Under the pieces are notes generated by a model. The model did no database searches. It was not told the origin of the DNA and saw only the letters and a list, made by a program, of their open reading frames with translations. Shown here one piece after another: positions 11,561-24,661 of a stretch of 54,925 nt of DNA; the first letter of the stretch is position 1; each line of letters begins with the position of its first letter. The stretch covers positions 692,391 through 747,315 of the forward strand of contig WELB01000015.1 in assembly GCA_009602725.1 (NCBI GenBank). Direction: 5' to 3'. The stretch comes from Spirogloea muscicola (lineage: Eukaryota). The translations under genes were made by a program, and so were the position numbers.

Positions 11561-14500
11561 GAGGATGGAACAGTGTGCCCTGGCGAGTGGACGCCGTGTA
11601 CTGGAAATGTACATTTGCGCAGACGTTAGCGGGTGTCTCAAGCCATGTTGCGTACACATGGTGAGAGGTCGTCGGAAGGGCCGATTGAGTGCTCCTTGCG
11701 GCAGCTCGCTAAGAATGAGGCATAGATTTGATGATGGAAATTACTGGCTTCCTCCATATCATGCAATAAAGATGGAAGCGATCGGCCTTGCAAGGAGTGT
11801 TGTGGCATGGCTGGCTGACTCAGTTGGTAGGCCTGCTCGGCTTTGGGAGAGTAAGTGAGGACATCAGAAGTCTGAGTGTCTGGACAGATAAGTATGTGAC
11901 GTGCTGGCTGCTCTTGGACGATGAATGTCAGTGCTAGGTATCTACTTCCGATTTTATCATCAAGTGCGGCATCTCATAGACGTTACTGGAGCACAGGTAG
12001 TCCACTCACACTTTGCAGGGTGGACTCAAGATGTCCTCCTTTGTGGATGTGCTTTGAGCTCTGAGGAAGAAGTAGCTGCAAGTAAGGACTTGCCACAGAA
12101 TGGCAAGAGTGCATTGGCACCGCTTCTGCATGCCGTCCAGCTTAGCAGCAGTCAAGCGAATCGTTACCTATGGCCTGTTAGATGCATCCTCGGCATCCTA
12201 CGACAGCCCGACCTATCGCCCTTGGCCAATCTTGAGTAGGGAGGCTTGCTTTCTGGGCAGAGTGGCACAGAAGCCAACAATGATGCAACATATGCTAACC
12301 GCGTGCTTATCAGGAAGCAACATGATAGTCAGAATGTTACTGCTGGCGATGCTGGCCTTATTTCTCACCACCAAGTCCAACTTCCAGGAGCAGAAATGCC
12401 AATCTGGGTTCTTGTGACTGGGTCACAGGGGGACTTTGATGCTTCACGGGCCGGGTCATGAGTGAGGGCCTAAGTTATAAGCAGTCACTGACAAAGTCGC
12501 AATCAGGAAGACAATTGCAGTGATGCTGCTCCACTGTAATAGACGACACTGTCCCTCATAGGGGTCATGGTTTTTGAGAGCACGACTGTAGCTCGCAGAG
12601 GAGACGACATACCGTTGGCCTGCATCACCTATGTGTGCAAGGATCACACTGTAACCAGCTGACACAAGTCATAGGGTGGAGCCTAGAGGCATCAAATATC
12701 ATCAAGGGGTCCAAATCAGGAGCAAGGAGAATCAGTCCCTTTTCCGTAGCTCCTAGAAGAGCCCTCCAGCCTCAAGCATGTATGGCATCACGAAGTTGTA
12801 AATTGGATGCGTATCCATACCAAGTATAGAATTCATGACGCTAAGATGAAAAGCAACAGGGATTCGGGATTGGATCTACTTTCAACCTCTGAGGAGCACC
12901 CCTTGCCGAACCAGGTGATTTAGTGTGACATTGACCACTAGAAGTTGGGTTATCCACAGCATGCCGTGTCATAAGTATGTAAGTGCAGCTAATCCTCGCA
13001 GGTTAGCACCAAAGTTCTCATATTTGCACAGACGGCAGGGTCAAGGTAGGCCCGATTCTCACTTCATCAAGCCTACGACGATTGTAAGTTGGAGATATGC
13101 TTGAGCTGCCCATCGTCAAAGACGTTGGTCATTTGCAAGAGCGTGCCACATCACCATATAGTAATCATCACCCATGTGGCACACCTTGCCGAAGACCGTC
13201 GGCATCTTCCTTTGCCAGCATGATGGTTGGTCCCAATTGTACTGAAGTGCTGGGCTCGATTCCCCCTGCCTGCCGCAGCTCCTAGCGGCGCTGGTCCACC
13301 AGCCCGAAGTCGAACGTGGAAACCAGCGACCCAGACAGACAATAGCTGGTAGGTACAAGTGTAGCAGCAGCTGCAGCTCACAGCACAGTACATCGACACT
13401 GCTATCACCAGATCATGCTTGCCGCTACAATACGAGGACCCCGCATGACACGAGAATGTTTCAGTCGCTTGGCGATCTTGGTGGGGGTTGTCTTGCCGCT
13501 CATGGGCCAAGTGCAGCTTGGAGGTTATCGTAAGCAAGGCCACCGGAAAGATATTATAGTAGGCACGATTACTGCGCAGCAGCTGTCAGGTTGAGTGCTC
13601 TGACATACGAGGCAATTTGAAGTCTATGCACTCGTCGAGGACGTGGGTATAACCAGCCTCCGGTGGCCCTGGGGCCGTCTTGGTGCCCGATAGAAAGCCC
13701 ACGGCCAGCTACTACATCGTCGGCAGCAGCTTCCTCAAGGTGACTCACGGTGGCATCATTGTGTACTTTCGCCAGGACGAGCCTCGTCGAGTACTTTCAA
13801 GCCAGAAACATGGACCAGCGTGGATGAACAGTTGATGAATGCAAGACGAGGCACGCAGCGCTGACTGGGTTGCCAATGGATTGGTAGATATCCTGTAAAC
13901 AAGCTGGGTAGGCTGCATTGCGCCTTGCATGTGGCCTGCAGCAACCTCCGGTTTACTGAGTTACTTTGACACTGGAGGCAACGAGCCCTCCAAAGCAGCC
14001 GAGCTGCATCCAGAAATAGGCTGATCATCTTTGCAGCATGGATGGCATGGGAAAGTCAGTGTGGACGTTAGCTTTACTTAGATCCTGCTTTGTAGATTTG
14101 TCACAATAGAGCCATGAGCCGTCTGGTTGGCCTGCACTACACTCAACACTTGCATGCACTCAGATAAGTGGAGAGAGCACCGGTCACCCAAGCCTTGACT
14201 CCTGCCTGCTCCCCATTCACCTTGCCCTTTACGAGCACTTAAGCACAGGGCCGAGCAAGGAGATGTGTGCTGTAGAGATACTGGATGGAATCCACAACAG
14301 GCCAAATGAGGACACTTGTATTGCTTTACGTTCACAACAGCAGCAGGAAAAGAAGCGCCAGTCAAGTCGAGCGGCATGGTAGGGAAGCAGGCTGCGTTTG
14401 CATTATGGTTGAGATTGTGCATGAGGATCGGGATTCATATCAAACTACTCAATGACACACCTTGACATTGGACCTGCAACACTCTGCCTTATTACCAGGC

Positions 14501-14679
14501 CCACCAATCAGCTACCAGCTCGACGCAGTTAACTATCAGCACGACTTGTTTGACAAGGGTGCCAATATTTTGCTCTCTCAAGTTAGAAGTTTCCGTAAAC
14601 CTCGGCCATTCCCGTTGAGCTGGCCTTACCTCCTCTTTCCAATAGCTGCTTCTTCCTTTCTTTCAGGTCTAGTTCACAT

Positions 14680-15598
14680 TTTCGGGCTGGCCTCTCACAG
14701 CTTCTTTCTTTCTCACAGCCATCATCATTCTCAACGCTCCCTGGCTCACGCCGCGCACTTGTGGGCAGGCCGTGCTATTGCTGCTGCCTCTGGATCTCGT
14801 CGCGGTGCCACTTTTCCAGCTGCAAGTAACTCCGACTTGCTGCTGCTAACCCGGGGTAACTGAGCTCCTTCTATGCTCCTCCTTCTATGGCTGGCATTTC
14901 ACAGCCGATTCTTTCATATCAGCAGCCGCTTTCTTTTCTATGGGAGAGCCCTTCCCTCCGCTGAAGTCTCGTGCATAGCTGTGCGGTTCAAGCGCCTCTC
15001 GGCTTTCCGCTCTTTGGACCTTGTCCACTCTTTTTGGGCTAGCCTTTCCCTGCCTTTCCCAGTTCTGAGCTAGCGCTCATGGCCCCTTGGAACCTTGTCA
15101 ATTCTTCTCGGGCTGGCTTATCACAGCCCTTGCTTCCATTGGCCTCCCCATCTCTTAATATACACGCATTTTCATTGGGAAAGCCACCTTCTGGGCGCCT
15201 TCTTAAATTGGGCGAGCTCTTTGCATTCCGCCTAACATTGGTGCAGCTGTTTCCGCTTCCGCGAGGCGCACTGAGCTGAGCTGCTGGAAGAGTCGCTCTA
15301 CTGGGCTCTTGCTGCTGCCTCTGGCTCTGGCCCAGGGGACCCACTTTCAGGACCCTAGCCTCTCTGATTTGCGGCTGCTTAGCAGGGGTTACTGAGTGAT
15401 TTGTAGCTGCTTTCTTTCTTTGTGTGCTTTGTTTTCTTAGCGCTTCCTCTGGCTTGTGCTCGCCTTTGTACTTGGCCATTTCGCCTTCGTTTGCTTCCAA
15501 ATACACGAAAACTCTCCTCTGGCCCCCTTCTCGTACTTTGTTCCTTCTTTCTTGGGCTGGCTGTTCCAGCCCCTATCCTCAATGGGCGAGCCTTTCTC
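14680..15598 (+). mobile_element. Cluster of truncated RLE-type non-LTR retrotransposon 3' ends
   Basis: Degenerate ORF tails QRSLAHAAHLWAGRAIAAASG..SDLLLLTRGN and SLSDLRLLSRGY match the end of the 50243 ORF. GGGCTGG..CAGCC termini occur near 14683, 14889, 15110 and 15554. Confidence 0.8.
15454..15514 (+). mobile_element. 61-bp insertion with 9-bp target-site duplication
   Basis: TCCTCTGGC at 15445-15453 and 15515-15523. The paralogous empty site carries one copy (52132-52140). Confidence 0.85.
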
Positions 15599-16341
15599 TA
15601 CTGGGCGAACCTCGGTTGCCGCTGGTGGGCCGCCCAGGGTCGCCCGAAGCGCCGTCCGATGATACGCCATCGGACGGCGGGGTGGGGCCGGCCCGGCCAA
15701 CGGCGCGGGCGCTCAACGGCCCCATCCTCGCAGGCCCGCCCCCATTGGCTGGCGGACTTTCCGACGACTTCCTTATCGCCGTCCGATTTGCGATCGGACG
15801 GCAGGCACGGGGGCAGCCGCCCGCCCTCTTGCAGGGCCGTCCGATGTCGGCCCATCCACGGCGTGCCGTAAGTTTCGGCGTATGTAGCGGCGGACCACTG
15901 TGGCGATTGACACATTTGCGTTAGTGGCACTTAACAATAACCGGACGAGCTGCGAACGAATAATAATCGGGGGGGGGGGGTCCGCATCGTGTGCGTTGGT
16001 TGGGGGGAGCGGAGAGTGATTCGACGTCGGTTTCTAAAACGGGGAGTTTTGTTGTAAGAGAGTTCCATCAGCGGGATAACCGGGGTCAATGAATGTGGAC
16101 GGAAGGACAGGGGGGCCGCTTGAAAGGCGCGGCCTTCGGGTCGGCGGGGGGAGGGAGAAAGGGAGAGGGAAAGAGGAGGGAGGAGGGAGGAGCCGCGGCG
16201 GGCAGGGCTCGCTTGCCCGGGCCGAGGAGGGAGGCTGCGGAGGCGAAAAGGGAGGGGAGGCGGCGCGGCGGGAAGCCGGGCGGGAGACGCCAAGGCGCCG
16301 CCGCGAGCTGCGCCGGCTGCGGCGGCGGCGGCNNNNNNNNN

Positions 16342-17080
16342 NTGGTGGTCCTGGCGCTGGCGCTGGCACTGGCGGCGGCGCCTCCGGCGGACGCGGCGGC
16401 CCGCAAATTCCTGGTGGGCTCTCGTCGTCCTCCGCCGGCCCCGGCGCTCTGCGCCGCCATGCCGCCGCCGCCGCCGCCGCCGCCGCCGTTGAGGCCGGGA
16501 ATGTGGGCGCCGCGAGCCTCGCGGCCAGGCTATTCCTCGCCTGGCGCCGCCAATTGGGCAGCGACGGCTGAGCCACTGCCGGCGGCCTTGGGCCCTCGCT
16601 GACGCCTAGCGGGCTGCCGCCGTCGCCCTTTCCGCAGGTGCCGCTTCTGACGAACCCAGACGCCGTTACTGCTGCCGTTGGCGACTTGCCGTTAGCACCG
16701 ACAGTAGCAGGTGAGCTTACGTCCCCCCGACGACCGCCCACATTGCCGTCATTGCTGTGCCACTGTCGTGGGCTCTGGCTTGTGGGCGTCGAGCTTGTGG
16801 GCGTCGAGCTTGTGGGCGTCGAGCTTGGCGCTCATGCCATGGTGCTGCACCAGCTGCTGCAGATGGCAAATTCATGGAGATGGAGGTTGCCGTCCCGCCG
16901 GCAGACGCCGATGAGGCGGAGCGCGAGGACGACGAGGACATGGATGTGGAGGCTGAGGCGGACGAGGACGAGGAGGACGAAGGAGATGAGGCCGACGACG
17001 GCGACGGCGACGGCGACGGCGAGGACAACGATGGCGACGTCGACTCCGCCGAGGCTGACGAGGATGCCGTGGCTGCGTGA
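16342..17080 (+). CDS. Small putative secreted protein with Asp/Glu-rich tail (about 120 aa)
   Basis: Exons ~16342-16413, 16638-16710 and 16863-17080 are phase-compatible with GT-AG ends: (M)VVLALALALAAAPPADAAARKFL/VPLLTNPDAVTAAVGDLPLAPTVA/DGKFMEMEVAVPPADADEAEREDDED..EDAVAA-stop. The start abuts a 10-N gap. Confidence 0.65.
16777..16826. repeat. 15-bp tandem repeat x3 (GCTTGTGGGCGTCGA)
   Basis: Seen directly, in intron 2 of the small gene. Confidence 0.9.
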
Positions 17081-17804
17081 CTGCAGGGGGTGCCTCTCGG
17101 CTTGTCCAAGCCTCTCACACGGCACCTCAGCCTCCCTGCAGTCTGACCACCTCGGCATCGTCCTTCCTGTACATTAGCGTGAGAGAATGCACGGCCTCTG
17201 CTGGCGGCCTGCAGCTGCTACCTGTGGCTACAGGCACTGCGATGCCGCCGCTGCCACGCCACCTCTTGTATATCAGCCAGTCTGTATGTACACTGCTGGT
17301 GATGGTGGGTGCACCCCCACCGCCACTGGCAGCGTCCGTCGCCCTTGCCCACTACCGCCACTCTGGACCGGCCTTTGCCGGCAATCGCCGGCTGACGGTC
17401 TGCCAGGAGTAGCTGACTGATTTCTACCAAGGACTTGCCTTGCTGCAATGGCCAATTTCTTTTTTGTTGCAGCAGGTAAAATACTGACAGTGTAGATTCA
17501 GTCAGACATTACCGCTTTCACACCCCACAGCAGCTTTGAAAGCAGCCGCCTGAGGGCATCTCTGCCCTATGACACTATGATATTTCAAATTCTTTGTGCC
17601 ATTTGTTACCACAGTCAGGCGACTGACAACAATATTCCACGCAACTATTGCTGCTGTTGCTGCAGCTCTTTCCATGGCCACCCTAAGGGCACCTCTTGCC
17701 AAAATTTCTGCGTCAGGAGTGACGCTGGTCCCTCAAGCAGAACAAGACTCGGCTCAGCTCGGCACAAGTCTGGCACGCTTGGCTGACTTCTGCTCTGAAA
17801 GCAC

Positions 17805-19517
17805 TCAGTAGAGGGTGATGAATGAGTTTGCAACCACGTTGAGCTTGTCCTGCATCTTAGGCCACCGCCGCTCGTTTGCACCAGTGGTCAATGTGTAGAA
17901 CTTGCCTGCGAGACATGATAGTATAAGATGAAACAAGGCTGGCGAGTGTACATCGCGGTGGCAGTCACAGGCGGCGTTGCCGCCCCAGCAGGCAGTGGAT
18001 CCATTGTCAAGGCAGCACAGGTGTAGCAGGCTTACCCTGGGCAATGGCAATTGTCCCGAGAGCATGACGCTTGTAGTTGGGCGCCTGTGACGTGAACTCG
18101 AATGTGTAGTACACCTTGCCGTCTGTCTCCCGCTGGAAAGCCAGATCCATGCAGAATGTCATTGATATCGGACGCAGCACGACAGGGAGGATCTGGAGGG
18201 GCCAACAGCACCATCACAGAAGGGGATGGCACGATCGGCCATGCGGTGAGAAGCATTACCTCCTTGGCGCTCACGATCTGCGGCTTCTGGGTTGGGCCCG
18301 TCAGGACACGCTCCACAAGTGCTTTAGCCACCTGCACTCATTCATCAACTGAATCAACTCGTACGCTGCACATGTGCTCTCCATACATTCTCAACAATGT
18401 TACTGTTAGCTTCTCGTGGGTCTGCTAGTACTCCTGACTCGCTGATAACCTGCTAATACTGTGGCTGCCGACTGCCAATGAGGGCTTGGGGTCAGCAGTC
18501 TTGCTCAGAGGAACACGACGAACACTTGCAGTAACTTGCTCAGGCGCCCGGCACCCTGCCAAGGGGGCTCCCTCACGCACCTGCTCGGGCGGGCCGAGGT
18601 CGCGCAGGCTGCCAGACTCAGTCTTGATGATGTTGACGCTCACATTCTCCAGCGGCTCGATCACGTCCTTGTACACAACATCCTGCCCCTTGACGGAGAC
18701 CTCCTGTCATTGCCTCAGTGGAAGTATCAGCAGCAAGACAACCCCAAGTTAGGTATCTTGTCTGCCGGCCAACCTGAATGAGGCATATAAGCTTAGCCAC
18801 GGCAACGTCGAGCCCAGGGCTGCATTTGCACGACCTGCCAACCAAAGGGGTACAGGAAGGCGTAGCCATCCGTTGTGTCCTGGTTGACACTGAAGCCTTT
18901 GGGCACGGCTGCGCGCAGAGGCCAGCAGGGGGAGTAGCATTGTGACTAGAGCGTTTCTGCCATGTGGGTCTCCACTATTGCTGGCAAATGCCTGAGAGCA
19001 TGAACCGGCAGCAAGTGCCAGCAGCCACGGCGGTTGCAAAGGCAGGACGTGCGCTGGAGCTAGACTGAGCTGGGTCGTCTGCGAGGGGAGCCGGGGGTTA
19101 CTGGCAGCTGAGGCAGCAAAGGGCGTGGCCGCGCCAGCAGCCGCAGCGGCTGCCGCCGCGGTGAGTGCCAGCAGCTCCCTGCGATCCAGCGAGCCTGCAT
19201 TGCGCGCGGGGTAATGCAACTCGATAATCAGTACATAACCTTCCACTTAATGTAGATTTGATACACTTTGTATATAAGGCCGGTAAAAACTGCCACCAGC
19301 ACGGAGGCCGAGTTTGAACCCGCGATCTCCAGGAGGGCGGAGGACAGGCGCAGCCGCTCACCAGCTGCCGGCTCCGATGGCGCCGCCGCTGCCGGCGATC
19401 TGGAGAGGGCGTCGGTCCTCGAGGCCGACGCCCGGACGCAGGCGCGGGCAGCCTGGCCGGCGGCGGCGGCGGCAGCGGCGGCAGCGGCGGCGGCGTCTCC
19501 GACTCGGACATCGGCGG
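17805..19517 (-). CDS. PPL1: PsbP-like protein 1, thylakoid lumen; 5' end unresolved
   Basis: Exons give a Tat signal DRRELL..ASAA, then DGYAFLYPFGWQ, EVSVKGQDVVYKDVIEPLENVSVN..LGPPEQ, VAKALVERVL, YYTFEF..NYKRHALGTI and GKFYTLTTGANERRWPKMQDKLNVVANSF-stop, all characteristic of PPL1. Confidence 0.93.
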
Positions 19518-19684
19518 CTGGGCGCGCGGGATGGACACCGTCGCCCGGCCGCGGGACGTGCGACTCGCCGGGCGGCGATGCTCGGAGATCCCGGTCCTCA
19601 AACGGCGCCGGCAGTGGGCGACGCGGCAGCCCGCGACAGCGCACAGCCGAAGCGGCCTGAAGCCCGCGCTCGGCCACTCCTCGG

Positions 19685-19722
<38 letters not shown>

Positions 19723-19839
19723 TGCGGCGCCGATGGCGAATGCGCAGGCCGGGAGGGGGAGGCAGTCACTGGCGCTCCGACGGCGGACCAACGGCGCCCG
19801 TCACCTCCTGGCTTTTCGGGCCCGTTCGGTCGGACTTGT

Positions 19840-20046
19840 TCACTCCTTTGGGCTGGCCTCTTTCAGCCAGTGCCTTACGTTGGATACGTTGGAAGAGCAT
19901 GTCCCACTTTCACTCCATGCGCACCGCGCGTCTTCGATCTTCACAGCCCTCGTGAAAGAAAGGGGGGGGCTCGCCCATTGAGGATAGGGGCTGGAAAAGC
20001 CAGCCCAAAAAAGAATGAACAAAGTACGAGAAGGGGGGGGGGGGGC
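19840..20046. mobile_element. Two opposed retroelement 3'-end fragments between divergent genes
   Basis: GGGCTGGCCTCTTTCAGCC on + at 19849. GCTCGCCCATTGAGGATAGGGGCTGGAAAAGCCAGCCC at 19969-20006 is the - strand copy and is nearly identical to 51865-51902. Confidence 0.8.
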
Positions 20047-20411
20047 NNNNNNNNNNNNNNNNNNNNNNNNNNNNNNNNNNNNNNNNNNNNNNNNNNNNNN
20101 NNNNNNNNNNNNNNNNNNNNNNNNNNNNNNNNNNNNNNNNNNNNNNNNNNNNNNNNNNNNNNNNNNNNNNNNNNNNNNNNNNNNNNNNNNNNNNNNNNNN
20201 NNNNNNNNNNNNNNNNNNNNNNNNNNNNNNNNNNNNNNNNNNNNNNNNNNNNNNNNNNNNNNNNNNNNNNNNNNNNNNNNNNNNNNNNNNNNNNNNNNNN
20301 NNNNNNNNNNNNNNNNNNNNNNNNNNNNNNNNNNNNNNNNNNNNNNNNNNNNNNNNNNNNNNNNNNNNNNNNNNNNNNNNNNNNNNNNNNNNNNNNNNNN
20401 NNNNNNNNNNN

Positions 20412-23400
20412 CGGCCGCAGCTGCAGCGCCGCGCCGCTGGCGCCGGCCGCTCGGGCTCCATCGCCGCGCGTCCCGTCGCCGCATGTCTGGCCTCGGCGCC
20501 ACACGCCGTCTCCGCGACGTTGAGCGCCTCGATCGACGGACAAGCCCTGCTGGCGACGGCAGCGCCGCAGCCATTGCGCGTCGACGAGCTCGCCGCGGCC
20601 GGAGGGCCGGAGACGGCAACGCCGCCGGCGGCAGCGGCCGCCGCGGAGGCCGGGAGGCCAAAGAAGGTGGTCGTCGTCGGCGCCGGCTGGGCTGGCCTCG
20701 GCGCCACGCATCACCTTGCCAAGCAGGTGCTGCCGAGCCCTGCTGCCGTCACTTGCTGCACGCACAGCGTGCCATCAGAAGCTGCTGTATTGCAGCTCCT
20801 ACTGCTGGATGGAGCCGTTCAAGATGGTGATAACAGTGGCTTGACTGATGGATGACAGTGTGTTGCTGGCGATAATGACGCAATGCCGTCAAGCCTTGCA
20901 GAAGACAGAGATTGTCTATCAAGAGACTGTCGTGTTGCTAGCCCGCAATGGCTTGCCATGAAATTTGTCCTTGCTCACGACGTCCTCGCCCAAGTCTCTA
21001 TCAACCAGATCAAAGCCGAGAGGCAATGATTGTACTGTGACTACGAACGGGCAGAATGCAATGTTAGATTTATTAATGGTGCAGGTCCGTAACCCCTGGC
21101 TCCCATATCTCGGACTGCTGTCGAAGTCAGTCTGCGATCCATAGGCAGAGTCTGAGGATGCCTTTGTGAGCTTGTCACAGGGGTTTGACGTCACACTGCT
21201 TGAGGCTGGCCCGCAACCAGGAGGCCTAGTCGCTGGGTGGAAGACGGAGCGCGGCAGGTCCGTTGAAGTTGGCATTCACGGTGCGTTCTTAAGTGCAATG
21301 AAAATCTCATGTTCCGTTGTCTTTGGATAAGAATCCTTCTGGAAGGTATTGTTACTCATTGCAATGCAAGTCTTTTGTTGATCGCATGCAAGAGCAGGCT
21401 TTTGGTATCCGTACCGCAACATCTTCTCTCTCATCAACCATTTGCAAATCCACCCTTTCACTGACTGGACAACATCGTCGCAGTACTCGCCGGCTGGTCT
21501 TGAGGTTTGTCTGTGGCACTTTCTTGACAATTAGCCCGCTCTGACACTGGACAGCCTTTGACAACTTGACGAGGTAGCCGGAGTGGCAGCAAGTTTTGCT
21601 GCTTATCCCTGCATCAGTCAAGTTGAAGCAGGTGAAGTCATGACTTTGCAAGGTCTTTTTGCAGGTGGAGTCGCCCATTTTCCAAGACCAGCCATGGTTG
21701 CCCAGCCCGCTTGGGACTTTTGTATGGACTAAGGCAAGCTCTCTACCCAGTCATGACTGTAACTGCTTCATAAGAGCAATTTGAAACCATAGTGTGGAAC
21801 AGCAAGTTTCCCTGTCGTAGTTGCCGTAATATCAACCAGGAAGAGGCATTTGGCATGAGAGAGGGCAAGGGAAAGGCCAATAAATAATGTAGAGCCAACG
21901 CCATTGTGCAGTTCAAGAGACTGCCATTGTGGGATCGCTTGACAGCCCTCCCTCTCATGTATTCAGGTTTGAGATTGAGAGACTGTTCCTCAGCAACTCA
22001 TGTTGGATAGAGTTTCTTGACAATTGACGAATTTAGCACAGCTCTTATGTGGCTGCTTGACCGATATGTAAGTGCAGAATACGTCCCAGGTAGCAAAAAA
22101 GCTCACACGTGTTTAATTAACGAAGGTCCTGACTCCCTAAAATCTTTCATCGCATGTGTTATTCAGTCATTGACTTTGACAATAGTCACGACGCCTGGAC
22201 ACGCTATGACAAATGTGAGTACCTCTGTATATCCTAAACGAAACAGCAGCATACTGAAGTGCTACTACTGCTCCTTGCCTTCTTGATTGCGTTCGTCCCA
22301 CTATCGTGACTTAATGTCAGAAATGGCTGAAACTTAACTTCATTTGTGCTCCTTCTTTCAGTGACAGCAAGGGAGCTGTTCAAGCAGTATGGTTGCAGCA
22401 GCCGAGTCTATGATGATGCATTCAATCCGATGCTATTAGTGGGGCTCTTTGCACCTGGAGAGCAATGCTCTGGTGCAGCCACCCTCGGCATGCTCTACTT
22501 CTTCATATTGGCGCACCAGGTCTGCCACACTCAACCACAAAAGAGCATACCCTTTCAAACCCACAGTGGATGTAAGCTCATCAAGCATAAAGACAAGTGC
22601 CTGTCATGACAATCAGCAGATTCTTCTGCAAAATCCTCACGGCCTTCGTGGAGGCGGGAACGTGATTGGAAAAATGTGTTGTGTGAGCTACTGAGAGCAT
22701 TATGAGCCTGTCACAGGCTGATTTTGACGTAGTCTGGTGTAGAGGGACAGTAGGGGAGAAGATCTTCAAGCCCTGGGTGGAGTACATTAGCTCGCTTGGG
22801 GGCAACTTCCTTGCAAACAAGAGGATGACAGATGTGACATTCGACGAGAACACTGGCAAAGTCAGTGGTGTAGTTTGTGGTGACGAGACATATGATGCTG
22901 ATGCTGTCGTTTTTGCTGTTGGCATCAGCGGCATGCAACAAATTGTGGCAAAGAGGTGTGTAACAAAAAGCCATCTTCCCTGTTGATCAATCAAGTTCGT
23001 AGTGTATAGTTGTCAACTGACCTTTTCACACGCATTACCTTCTCAAAGACGTCATTTACATCACTTTTGTGAAGGTGCAGTGCCTATGACGACTTACAAA
23101 CCTCTCAAACTTGCAGTGAAGTGCTCAAGTCGCGGGAGGAGTTTGTCAATACAGCCAATCTTGGTGCTGTGGATGTACTCGCAGTCCGCCTGTGGCTCGA
23201 TCGCAAGGTGATATCTTTAAGCAGAATGTTTTGGCTTACTAGATGAGCATCGTGCTCTGAAATCTGCATAACATGTATCTTGGTGATTTGCTCCTGCCAC
23301 TAAAACATATGCTTTTGTTGTCAGGTCGACATACCGAGGCCAAGCAATGCTTGCTTTGGATTTGATACAACCACTGGCTGGACGTTCTTTGATCTGAACA

Positions 23401-24661
23401 GTCTCCATGACGAGTACAGAGACGAGCCTGGTTCAGTGGTGGAAGCAGATTTTGTAGGTTCTCCACTTCCCTTTCTCGATGATATACTTGGCTGTCTTGC
23501 CGTCCTACTTGCAAGCATCCTATGGGTCATAGCAGCTCTACTAATGCCTAATTTGTTCTCCCCAAGCACAATTAAACACCAGCTTTTTCTTACGGCATCT
23601 CGTCAATGTTCTGTGGTCGTTGATCCTGCATTGCTCCTATTAAACGTTGGAGGTCGCACTCCTGTCTAATACCGTTGCTTGATGAGTGCAGTATCATGCA
23701 AATCAGTTCCTTCCCTTGACTGATGAGCAAGCCGTGGCCAAAGTCATGGACTACCTGGCCACTTGCATACCTGAATTTGCTGAGACCAGAGTCCTTGACA
23801 AAGTTGTCGTGCGATTTCGGCGAGCTGTCACTCACTTCTTTCCAGGTGTGCCTTGATGCCTTTGCTCAGATGTGCAGCAACTATGCACTCTTAGCACTTA
23901 TCAGCAACTCACCAAACAAGAGCCTCAATGGGGATTCTTTCACATGACCAAGACGAAATGTACTCAGGATAACAGTAACCTTTCTGCAGCAGAATTGTGT
24001 CTTCACTTCAGTTATCTCAGTTGCTAGGAGCATGGGCCTTTGCTTGACTGGCTCACTATTATCAACCGGTTCCAATACGTGCGAAGGTTGACCTCGCGGC
24101 TCTATTCTGCTATTGCTGATGTTGCCAGGCTCCTATCAATACATGATGAGAGGGACTACCAGCTTCCCAAATGTCTTCATGGCAGGCGACTGGATAGTGA
24201 ACGAGCATGGGTCATGGTCGCAGGTGCACATTGTAGCCACACTCGTGTCTCTTGCAGTGCAACATCATCACCCTCGTACTTCATGGTGCAGAGCTTGTAG
24301 TCCAACTCTGCAGTACAGATACATCACAGTAAAGGTTGCCTCTCAGAATGCTGTGCAGCTCAGCTACATCTTCTATCTCACCTTTACTCGAAACGCCAAA
24401 TTTCTGTTTACCTGTTTATTGCACAAGGAGTGGTTAACTTGTCAAGTAATTGGCCAATTATCAATTCGACTTTTGCAGGAGAAGGCCTATGTCACTGGTC
24501 TGGAGGCGGCTAACAATGTTGTGCGCCACTTTGGAGAGGGCCATTTAGCAAAAATCATTCCAGTGGAAGACGATGAGGCGCATGTCAGCATGCTGCGGGC
24601 TCTGAATCGTCAGGCGCGGGCCGCCCTCTCGCAGCTTCCATTCGCGAGCTTCTTCTTGTAG
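20412..24661 (+). CDS. FAD-dependent oxidoreductase, amine oxidase/phytoene desaturase-like family, probably plastid-targeted (start in gap)
   Basis: About 13 exons: KKVVVVGAGWAGL (FAD-binding), LLEAGPQPGGLVAGW..EVGIHGFWYPYRNIF, PMLLVGLFAPGEQCS, DFDVVWCRGTVGEKIFKPW, PNVFMAGDWI..HGSWSQEKAYVTGLEAAN, stop at 24659-24661. The leader is Ala/Arg/Ser-rich. Confidence 0.9.

Noticed and set aside
11900..14450. Exon-like patches (e.g. VLVPDRKPTASYYIVGSSFLK at ~13680-13740)
   Set aside because: I could not build a stop-free chain or recognise a family; this may be a decayed gene.
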